Shown here: positions 52,083 to 59,335 of the stretch, piece by piece
Layout: each line of letters begins with the position of its first letter
How positions within the stretch are numbered: the first letter of the stretch is position 1
Source of the DNA: an uncultured Candidatus Saccharibacteria bacterium
GTDB lineage: Bacteria > Patescibacteriota > Minisyncoccia > UBA6257 > Colwellbacteraceae
DNA length: 59,335 nt
Direction of reading: 5' to 3'
Assembly: GCA_964643135.1 (NCBI GenBank)
Contig: CAZXPC010000005.1
Span: 1 to 59,335 of the forward strand
Notes under the pieces: model-generated
What the model was told of the DNA's origin: nothing
The model's input: the letters and a program-made list of their open reading frames with translations, nothing else
Database searches by the model: none
Program-made: the position numbers and the translations under genes

Positions 52083-53399
52083 ATGAAACATTTCCGGACC
52101 AACCTGCTTATTTTTATCCTTATTGCTCTCGCGGCTCTGACCTCCGCTTTTTTCGTGGTACCGAAGAATGTAGCCGATAAATATCTTCCAATAATTCCGG
52201 AGCAGTCGACGATTGGCGATGTTTCCCCGTGGAAACTTGGTCTTGACCTCGTTGGCGGCACAGCGTTGACCTACCAAATTGACCTATCGGGCACTAACCC
52301 TGCCGACTATGAAGATATTGTCTCCAGCTTGGCTAAGGTGGTTGAAAAAAGAGTTAATCCGTTGGGAGTTTTGGAGCCAAAGGTTACGACGGCGAAGAAC
52401 GGCGATAAATATGAGCTCTTGGTTGAATTGCCAGGCATCAAAGAACTTAAAGACGCGGTTCAGTACATTGGAGAGACCCCGACTTTGGATTTCCGCGAGT
52501 TTGTAACGGGTGCAGACGGAAAGATTTCGCCGATTCCAGTTGCGACTAAATTGACTGGCCGCTACATTACGAACGCGAGCTTGGCTTTCGACCAGAATTC
52601 CGCGGTTCCTAAAGTTGATTTTGAATTGAACGATGAGGGCGCGAAGCTATTTGAGCAGATTACTGAACGCAATGCTGGCAAGCCTCTCTGTATCTTTGTG
52701 GACGGCAAGCCGATCTTCGCGGACCCCAAAACCGGAGTGGATACCGGCGGCAGCTGTCCGATCGTAAGCGGCAAGATCTCCGGCGGACGCGCCCAGATCT
52801 CCGGCAACTCAATTACCCTCGACACGGCGAAGCAGTTGATCGGCCGGTTTAAAGACGGCGCTTTAGCCGCGCCTTTGACTTTGATTAACCAGCGCACGGT
52901 GAGCGCGACAATCGCCGCCGATTCTTTGAACCAGATCGTCTTTGCCGGGCTTATCGGAACCGCGGCGGTGATGGTATTTATGATTCTCTACTACGGAGTT
53001 TTCGGAATTTTTGCCGACATTGCGCTTATAATCTACACGCTTCTGGCGCTCGGCATATTTAAGCTCTTCGGCATTACGATGACTTTGGCGGGTATCGCCG
53101 GCTTTGTTCTCTCGATCGGTATGGCGGTCGACGCAAATATTCTTATCTTTGAACGGACCCGTGAAGAGCTGAAAAAAGGCTTGAGCAAGGCTTCCGCGAT
53201 TGAAGAAGGTTTCAAGCGCGCCTGGCTCTCTATCCGCGACTCTAACATGTCGACAATGCTGACCGCGCTAATTCTTTTTTACTTTACATCCAGCTTTATC
53301 AAAGGATTCGCACTGACACTCCTGATCGGAGTCCTGATCAGCATGTTCTCGGCCATATTCGTAACCAGAATTTTACTCAGATTGTTTATGCGGAAATAA
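52083..53399 (+). CDS. secD: protein translocase subunit SecD
   Basis: 438 aa; LGLDLVGG, C-terminal 6-TM RND-like region. Confidence 0.93.
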   Translation: MKHFRTNLLIFILIALAALTSAFFVVPKNVADKYLPIIPEQSTIGDVSPWKLGLDLVGGTALTYQIDLSGTNPADYEDIVSSLAKVVEKRVNPLGVLEPKVTTAKNGDKYELLVELPGIKELKDAVQYIGETPTLDFREFVTGADGKISPIPVATKLTGRYITNASLAFDQNSAVPKVDFELNDEGAKLFEQITERNAGKPLCIFVDGKPIFADPKTGVDTGGSCPIVSGKISGGRAQISGNSITLDTAKQLIGRFKDGALAAPLTLINQRTVSATIAADSLNQIVFAGLIGTAAVMVFMILYYGVFGIFADIALIIYTLLALGIFKLFGITMTLAGIAGFVLSIGMAVDANILIFERTREELKKGLSKASAIEEGFKRAWLSIRDSNMSTMLTALILFYFTSSFIKGFALTLLIGVLISMFSAIFVTRILLRLFMRK

Positions 53400-53403
53400 A
53401 AAC

Positions 53404-54303
53404 ATGATTAACGTTATAAAAAACAAAAATATATTTCTAGGCATCTCCGCATTGCTCGTTATCGCTTCAATCTTTGCTGTTTTTAACTTCGGTTTCAAAT
53501 TGGGCATTGATTTTACCGGCGGATCTCTTTGGCAATTAAAGATCGATAATACAACCGCGGCTGACGTTAAAACTTTCTTCGAGACCGATCTTAAAACCGA
53601 AGTCTCGACTATTTCCTACGATGCGCCGAGCGGAATTTACTCTATTACTTTCGCCCAGATTACAGACGCCGTCCGCCAAAGCGATCTTGCGGCTTTGAAG
53701 GCAAAATTTGGCACTGATAAGGTTATCGACGAAGACTTCTCGGCGATCAGCCCTTCGGTTTCTGACGAAATCAAAACCAAAGCGATTGAGGCGATTGCAT
53801 TCGTAATTCTCGGCATTTCTCTCTATATCGCATTTGTTTTCCGCAAGGTTTCGCGGCCGATCGCATCTTGGAAATACGGCATTATCACGCTTTTGACTCT
53901 TCTTCACGACGTCGTGATACCGGCCGGTGTTTTCGCAGTGCTGAGCAAATACATGGGCATCGCGGTTGATACTAATTTTATCGTGGCGCTTTTGGTTGTG
54001 ATGGGCTTCTCGGTTCACGATACGATCGTAGTTTTTGACCGAATCCGCGAAAACTTGCTCAGGTCTAAATCCAAACACTTTGGAGAAATTGTAAACACGA
54101 GCATCAACGAAACCATGAGGCGATCGATCAACACTTCATTAACGCTGGTTTTGGTTTTGATCTCACTCTTTTTCTTCGGCCCAGTTAGTTTGAAATATTT
54201 CGTGCTGACCATGCTCATCGGTACTTTGGTTGGAACTTATTCGTCTATCTTTGTGGCGAGCCCGCTTTTGGTAGTTTGGGAAAAATTTTCGAAGAAGAAA
54301 TAA
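53404..54303 (+). CDS. secF: protein translocase subunit SecF
   Basis: 299 aa; GIDFTGG, 6-TM region. Confidence 0.93.
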   Translation: MINVIKNKNIFLGISALLVIASIFAVFNFGFKLGIDFTGGSLWQLKIDNTTAADVKTFFETDLKTEVSTISYDAPSGIYSITFAQITDAVRQSDLAALKAKFGTDKVIDEDFSAISPSVSDEIKTKAIEAIAFVILGISLYIAFVFRKVSRPIASWKYGIITLLTLLHDVVIPAGVFAVLSKYMGIAVDTNFIVALLVVMGFSVHDTIVVFDRIRENLLRSKSKHFGEIVNTSINETMRRSINTSLTLVLVLISLFFFGPVSLKYFVLTMLIGTLVGTYSSIFVASPLLVVWEKFSKKK

Positions 54304-54366
54304 CGCGCAGACATCGATGGAATTGAAGTAATTCGCTCGTTTATTTTTATATGGTAAAATTCTACT

Positions 54367-55575
54367 GTGAAGTTTAAATACAAGGCGCGAAATAAAGATG
54401 GCGAGTTGCAGGCGGGCTTTATCGAGGCCGATGACAAAAGCCGCGCCGTGAGCGTTTTAACCGGCCACGAACTTTTTATACTTTCGCTCGAACCCGCAGG
54501 CGCCAAGCATTGGTACGATTTTTACCTGGGCTTTATCAATCGGGTCAAGATGAAGGACTTGATGATTTTTACCCGCCAGTTTGCGACCGTTCTGGCCGCT
54601 AAATTGCCCTTAAGCGATGCCCTTGAGACCCTCCGCAAGCAGACCCGCAATGCCTTGCTTAAAGATACCATCGTGGAAATCGAGCAAGATATCGACGCGG
54701 GTCTTTCCCTTTCCCAGTCGCTCGAAAAGTACGGCAACATATTTTCCGTTTTCTACATCAACATGATTCGTTCGGCGGAGCTGACCGGCCGCGTTGAAGA
54801 GGCGGTCAACTTTTTGGCCGAATATTTGGAAAAAGAAGAAGCGCTGATATCCAAAGTCCGGAACGCCTTGATCTATCCTGCGATCATGGTGGTTATTTTT
54901 ATCGTCGTCGGAGTTTTTATGGCGACTTCAATTTTGCCCAAGATCGAGCCGATCTTTACCGAATCTCAGGTGGCCCTGCCGCTTTTTACGCGGATCTTGA
55001 TCGACGGATCAAAGTTCATCGCGGTCTGGTGGTGGGCGGTCCTTTTGGGCTTGACGGCGGCTATAGCTTTAATCATCGACTACTTCCGCACGCCCGAGGG
55101 CCGGAACACGCTCGATGAGATTTTGCTTCGTCTGCCAGTTTTTGGAGGTCTTTTAAGAAGCGTCTATGTCGCGCGCTTAGGCGAATCGGTCAGTATTTTA
55201 ATTAAAGGCGGCATTGCCATTCCTCAAGCGATCGAAGTTACGGGCTACACCATGGGCAGTGCAACTTACCGGGACCTTCTCCACGAAGCGGCCGAGGGCA
55301 TTCGAAGAGGCGAATTACTTTCAGCCGCTCTGGCCAAGAATCAGGATTATTTTCCGCCGCTCCTGGTGCAGATGACGGCGATTGGGGAATCGACCGGCCG
55401 GTTGGAAGACATGCTGGAGCGCGCGGCGACTTTCTACACCCGGGAGGTCAACGACTTGGTCGGCAACTTGGTGGAATTAATTCAGCCGGCCCTGATGGTC
55501 GTAATCGGCCTTTCGGTCGGGGTGCTTTTCGCATCGATACTGATACCCATCTTCCAACTCGCCCAGAAGATTTAG
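54367..55575 (+). CDS. pilC: type IV pilus platform protein (GspF/PilC family)
   Basis: 402 aa; two GspF-type repeats, 3 TM. Confidence 0.9.
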   Translation: MKFKYKARNKDGELQAGFIEADDKSRAVSVLTGHELFILSLEPAGAKHWYDFYLGFINRVKMKDLMIFTRQFATVLAAKLPLSDALETLRKQTRNALLKDTIVEIEQDIDAGLSLSQSLEKYGNIFSVFYINMIRSAELTGRVEEAVNFLAEYLEKEEALISKVRNALIYPAIMVVIFIVVGVFMATSILPKIEPIFTESQVALPLFTRILIDGSKFIAVWWWAVLLGLTAAIALIIDYFRTPEGRNTLDEILLRLPVFGGLLRSVYVARLGESVSILIKGGIAIPQAIEVTGYTMGSATYRDLLHEAAEGIRRGELLSAALAKNQDYFPPLLVQMTAIGESTGRLEDMLERAATFYTREVNDLVGNLVELIQPALMVVIGLSVGVLFASILIPIFQLAQKI

Positions 55576-55636
55576 TTTGTGGATTGTATTGGTTTTGGAT
55601 TATGATATAATAATCGTATTATAAAATTATAAACAA

Positions 55637-56182
55637 ATGAGAAACAACATTCTTAAAAAAGGTTTTACGTTGATCGAAATGCTCGTCGTTATCGCGATCA
55701 TTTCCATCTTAGCCGGAGTTGTGCTGACCGGTGTCGGAGGCTTCCAAGCCGGCGCCAGGGACTCTAAGAGAATTGCCGACTTGCAGGTTGTTCAGAACTA
55801 TCTGGAAACCTATAACAATGTTTACGGCCACTATCCCGGCACTTGTACGGGTACCACCGGTAACCCGGGCGTCTGGAAGAAAGTTAACGCTCCGGCTTCC
55901 TGCAGCGACACTAGCTTAACCGATATTCTATACAAGACCGGATCCACTGTGCCCGACGACCCCTTAGCTTCGAGCAGCAACACCAATCACTATGTGTACG
56001 CGGTCAATTCAACATATACCGCGTATGTGCTTGGAACAGTGTTGGAAAAAGACAACAACCAACTTAAGGCAGCCCAAAATATAATAACCGGAATACCGTC
56101 CGGCTATACTAAAACAACTGACGGAGCATCGGATTGCAAGTATGTTGCCGGGTCTGATCTTGCTTACTGTATTTCTTCGTAA
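55637..56182 (+). CDS. type IV pilin
   Basis: class III signal KKG/FTLIEMLVVIAIISILA. Confidence 0.9.
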   Translation: MRNNILKKGFTLIEMLVVIAIISILAGVVLTGVGGFQAGARDSKRIADLQVVQNYLETYNNVYGHYPGTCTGTTGNPGVWKKVNAPASCSDTSLTDILYKTGSTVPDDPLASSSNTNHYVYAVNSTYTAYVLGTVLEKDNNQLKAAQNIITGIPSGYTKTTDGASDCKYVAGSDLAYCISS

Positions 56183-56194
56183 GAACCGAGGTGA

Positions 56195-57118
56195 ATGAAT
56201 GGTCTGGATTACTTTATTTTGTTCGTCTTTGGAACGGCTGTCGGCAGTTTCTTAAACGTAGTTATTCTGAGGTTCGACCCTGAGGCCGACCCGAATCAAA
56301 AACTTTTTACTCATATAACCGGCCGGTCGCATTGCATGGCCTGCGGAAAAATACTTAACTGGTACGAGCTTATTCCCGTACTCAGTTTTATGGTCCAGTT
56401 CGGCCGCTGCCGGGGCTGCCGGTCGCGCCTCAAGATTCAATATCCTGTTGTCGAGATGCTGGCCGGACTCGTTTTTGTGGCCGTGCCCTACGTATTGATA
56501 CCGCTCAAAGCGCCAATTCCATACTTAGAGATCGGCCTTTGGCTTATCGCTATGCTGACCTTGCTTTTGATTTCGGTGATCGACCTGCGGCTCTACATTA
56601 TTCCTGATGGGCTCAATATTACGCTAGGAATTCTCGCGGTTGTAAACTTTGCTCAACTTTATTTGGCCAAGAACTTCGGCGAGATGAACGGCCTTTATCA
56701 TTCTTTGTTGGGCGGCACATCTACCATGGTCGCCGGAACTTTTTTGGGCGCCAGTGCCAGCTTCCTCTTCTTTATGAGCGGCAATATCTGGCTCAATTTT
56801 ATTCTGGGCGGAGTTTTTGGCGGGCTATTTTTCGGAGCTATCTACTTTTTATCCCAAGGCCGGGCGATGGGTTTCGGCGACGTCAAAATGGCTTTGGCGG
56901 CTGGTTTTCTGCTGGGCCTGCCCGACATGATTCTCGCGACCATGCTCGCCTTTATTACCGGCGCGGCTTACGGATTAGTCTTGATGATGCTGAAAATTAA
57001 AGGCATTAAATCGCACGTGCCGTTCGGACCATTCATCGCTTTGGGCATTACATTAGTCGTCTTTTTCGGCTATGATATTATATATGCCTATTTCAAGTTT
57101 TTCAGCTTCCTCGGGTAA
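56195..57118 (+). CDS. pilD: prepilin peptidase (A24)
   Basis: CMACG..CRGC N-terminal domain; GFGDVK catalytic Asp motif. Confidence 0.92.
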   Translation: MNGLDYFILFVFGTAVGSFLNVVILRFDPEADPNQKLFTHITGRSHCMACGKILNWYELIPVLSFMVQFGRCRGCRSRLKIQYPVVEMLAGLVFVAVPYVLIPLKAPIPYLEIGLWLIAMLTLLLISVIDLRLYIIPDGLNITLGILAVVNFAQLYLAKNFGEMNGLYHSLLGGTSTMVAGTFLGASASFLFFMSGNIWLNFILGGVFGGLFFGAIYFLSQGRAMGFGDVKMALAAGFLLGLPDMILATMLAFITGAAYGLVLMMLKIKGIKSHVPFGPFIALGITLVVFFGYDIIYAYFKFFSFLG

Positions 57119-57728
57119 AAATCGGTCTGGCTTTACGCTCCTTGAAATGCTCATCGCCGTCAGCATTCTCTTAATATTATCCGGCATCATGATCAGCTAC
57201 GGCCGCAACGCTGTTAAGAGTCTGGCCTTGGCCAATCAGCAAGCGTCTATTCTGAACATTATGTTCCACGCCAAATCTTTAAGCCAGACTTTTGGCACGA
57301 GCGATGTGCCATTCGGGGAACAGGTGTGTTCCTACGGCGTCCAGATCGATAAAAACTCCATCACGGTGAACGGCACTACTTATAGCGGCCAGGTTTTTGC
57401 TTTCCGGGACCTGGTTCCGACCTTGTCTGATTGTGATACCGTGGCCAACAACCAGTATGCCCCTTCGGATAATGCGGGTGAGCGGCTCCCCGGCGCAACG
57501 AATAATTTTTACCTCGATAACGCGTTTAATTTTACGGCCGCAACCGATTTTAAATATGTAGCCTTTATTCCGCCTGACCCCAAAACAATTATCAATAATT
57601 CTCCGACCGATCCTTTGGACCCATCCGCCGGCACCAAGATTGCTTCGATCGTAGTCCAAAGCACAATCGACTCGAATATAAAATTCACAATTCAGATCAA
57701 TAACTATGGAGAAATTTCTGTTAAATAG
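57072..57728 (+). CDS. pilin-like (minor pilin) protein
   Basis: ..RSG/FTLLEMLIAVSILL; start may be ATG 57084; overlaps the pilD 3' end. Confidence 0.75.
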   Translation: MILYMPISSFSASSGKNRSGFTLLEMLIAVSILLILSGIMISYGRNAVKSLALANQQASILNIMFHAKSLSQTFGTSDVPFGEQVCSYGVQIDKNSITVNGTTYSGQVFAFRDLVPTLSDCDTVANNQYAPSDNAGERLPGATNNFYLDNAFNFTAATDFKYVAFIPPDPKTIINNSPTDPLDPSAGTKIASIVVQSTIDSNIKFTIQINNYGEISVK

Positions 57729-58221
57729 GTCGGGGCAGGTGATGGTTGAAGCGGTGGTGGCCTTGACCGTGTTGGCTTTCGGCATTTCCGGAATTTTTGT
57801 GCTTTTTTCCAACTCGCTCGGCCTGAACCGCCTTTCGACCGACGAATATATCGCTTCGGGCCTGGCTTCCGAAGGCATCGAAGTCGTCAAGAATATTTTA
57901 GATTCTAACTATATGCTCAATAAAAGTGGAACCGCCACAGCTTGGAATAACGGACTCGCCAACTGCACTCTCGGCTGTAGCGTCCAATATGACAGCACGG
58001 CGGTCGGGTCGCTGGAAGCCACGCCGTTAAGCTTCCACAGCAGTACCGGAACATATGATTATGGTGCCTCCGGCACTTCAACTAAATTTACCCGCACGAT
58101 CACGATTAGCGGCGTTGTGAATAATGAAATCACTATTATTTCGCGCATCGATTGGACTGGTTTGAAGGGGCTCTCTTACAATTTAGTTTTAGAGGATCAC
58201 GTATTTAATTGGAGACCCTAG
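57706..58221 (+). CDS. pilin-like protein with atypical N-terminus
   Basis: ..RSGQVMVEAVVALTVLAFGISGIF hydrophobic N-terminal helix. Confidence 0.6.
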   Translation: MEKFLLNRSGQVMVEAVVALTVLAFGISGIFVLFSNSLGLNRLSTDEYIASGLASEGIEVVKNILDSNYMLNKSGTATAWNNGLANCTLGCSVQYDSTAVGSLEATPLSFHSSTGTYDYGASGTSTKFTRTITISGVVNNEITIISRIDWTGLKGLSYNLVLEDHVFNWRP

Positions 58222-58225
58222 CTAA

Positions 58226-58312
58226 ACTGATAACAAATAACTAATGACTCATAACAAATACAAAAAATTAAACTCTCTTGCGTGTTATCGGTTATTAGTT
58301 ATGAGTTATAAG
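58226..58312. repeat. AT-rich palindromic element, copy 3
   Basis: ATGACTCATAAC (58244-58255) pairs with GTTATGAGTTAT (58298-58309): 11 Watson-Crick pairs plus 1 G-U. Both arms contain an ATG. Confidence 0.8.
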
Positions 58313-58837
58313 TCGCGTGAAGCATTCACGCTGATGGAACTTTTGGTTGCTACATCGCTTTTTATTATCATCGCTACCATTACGACCGGCGCCTTTGTGC
58401 AATCTTTGAGGACCGAGAGGACCATTGTGGTTTTTACCACAGCTCTTAACAACGTAACTCAGTCGATCGAACAGATGTCCCGAGAAATCCGCACCGGCAG
58501 CGATTTTAGCAATTCCGATGCGGATAACCTTAACTTCATAAATTATAAAGGCCACCCCGTGAGCTACCGCCTTTTGTCAGCCGCTAAAGTTATCGGCCGG
58601 TGCGAAGGGTCTCTTTGTATCAACGCCCTGGACAGCCAATACCAGCCCATCACTTCGGACAAGATTAAGATCGATACTATGAAGTTCTATTATCTGGGGA
58701 CGGGCGAAACGGGGAGTATCACTAACCCAGCCGATAACTTGCCGCCGCGGATCACTATCACAATCGCTGTCGAAGGCATTCAGGGAGCGGTCATCAATTT
58801 GCAAACATCGGTTAGTCCATATGCCATCGGAAGCTAG
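58301..58837 (+). CDS. pilin-like protein
   Basis: MSYKSREA/FTLMELLVATSLFII; the alternative upstream ATG at 58244 lies in the left repeat arm. Confidence 0.75.
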   Translation: MSYKSREAFTLMELLVATSLFIIIATITTGAFVQSLRTERTIVVFTTALNNVTQSIEQMSREIRTGSDFSNSDADNLNFINYKGHPVSYRLLSAAKVIGRCEGSLCINALDSQYQPITSDKIKIDTMKFYYLGTGETGSITNPADNLPPRITITIAVEGIQGAVINLQTSVSPYAIGS

Positions 58838-58841
58838 GGGA

Positions 58842-58886
58842 ACTAATAACAAATAACTAATGACTCATAACAAATACAAAAAATTT
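58842..58886. repeat. AT-rich palindromic element, left-arm-only copy 4
   Basis: AACTAATAACAAATAACTAATGACTCATAACAAATACAAAAAATT, near-identical to 58229-58269. Confidence 0.75.
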
Positions 58887-59270
58887 CGCGAGGGCCAAGC
58901 CATGCTCCTCATGGTCATCATATTGTCGGCGGCAATTCTGGGTACAACCTCAATCGTCGCCCTCATGACGCTTTATGAAGTTCGCCATACAACCGGCATC
59001 TTAAACTCGGCGCGGGCTTTGGCCGCGGCCGATAGCGGCATCCAGTGTGCGCTCATGAAGAATACAAAAGATGCTCAACCTTCAACCCGGAATTGCGGTG
59101 AAAAAATCAACCTGCTTTGCCCCCTAATAATAGGCAATAGCCCAGTTGTTTTAAGCAACGGGGCCTCTTTCACTGTAACAGATATAGTTGATATAACTTG
59201 CAAAATTACAGGAGTGGTTTCAACCGGAGTTTCTCACGATGTCGCGAGATCATTCGCCACCACGTTCTAG
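58860..59270 (+). CDS. PilX-like / pilin-like protein
   Basis: ..REGQAMLLMVIILSAAILG; the first 8 codons (MTHNKYKK) are repeat-derived. Confidence 0.6.
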   Translation: MTHNKYKKFREGQAMLLMVIILSAAILGTTSIVALMTLYEVRHTTGILNSARALAAADSGIQCALMKNTKDAQPSTRNCGEKINLLCPLIIGNSPVVLSNGASFTVTDIVDITCKITGVVSTGVSHDVARSFATTF

Positions 59271-59335
59271 TCTCTCACGCCAGAACCCCAAACCTGCCTC
59301 ACTCCAGAAACCCCCTGTACCCTCGGAACCAGGAT
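59271..59335. repeat. partial (left-end-like) copy of the ~470-bp element
   Basis: CCCTCGGAACCAGGAT at 59320-59335 = 16169-16184, preceded by a similar C-rich tract (CCAGAAACCCC versus CCGAGAAACCC). Confidence 0.45.

Noticed and set aside
183-59270. Alternative genetic code (UGA recoding, as in some CPR lineages)
   Set aside because: Core genes terminate at TGA, TAA and TAG at the expected lengths. For example, the tRNA-binding protein ends in TGA, overlapping the pepA start. No in-frame TGA interrupts the conserved genes.

Overview
Low-GC bacterial chromosome segment. Spot counts give about 38-45% G+C in core genes. Gene content and style fit a reduced-genome Patescibacteria/CPR (Parcubacteria-like) organism; that assignment is inference. 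Nearly all core genes are on the + strand, spacers are short, and core genes have no Shine-Dalgarno motif. Recognised core genes, in order: uvrB-uvrA-uvrC, ychF, a UvrD-type helicase fused to a PD-(D/E)xK nuclease, folA, an FAD-linked oxidase, a HAD hydrolase, a SAM methyltransferase, rsmE, a PduO-type adenosyltransferase, xseA-xseB, a tRNA-binding-domain protein, pepA, a DUF167 protein, an RRM protein, a PG-binding/CAP protein, an EEP nuclease/phosphatase, a 2H phosphoesterase, rplJ-rplL, a PG-binding multi-repeat surface protein, SemiSWEET, mraZ-rsmH-ftsL-ftsI, tRNA-Glu(CUC), rplU, cysS, dnaB, recR, grpE-dnaK-(membrane protein)-dnaJ, tRNA-Lys(UUU), secD-secF, and a type IV pilus block (pilC, pilin, pilD, four pilin-like genes). 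I saw no rRNA, CRISPR array, transposase, integrase or reverse transcriptase. Six things stand out. (1) Twelve GC-rich blocks (about 60% in spot counts) sit in spacers between core genes. Most have their own TTGACA-type promoter, an SD-like motif and an intrinsic terminator, many are on the minus strand, and almost all encode ORFans. (2) A 56-nt nested-palindromic element is inserted in frame in two unrelated genes, with three copies in the same reading frame (RPE-like). (3) There are three further small repeat families: an AT-rich palindrome overlapping start codons, a 60-nt hairpin with compensatory changes after ychF and rplL, and a ~470-bp noncoding element whose two ends recur at the two window termini. 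(4) Four perfect DnaA boxes plus one near-perfect box lie on the mraZ promoter. (5) tRNA-derived fragments and tandem perfect hairpins follow tRNA-Glu. (6) Two paralogous mini-gene modules encode 23-36 aa peptides. All coordinates and motifs were read by eye. No database search or computation was possible.
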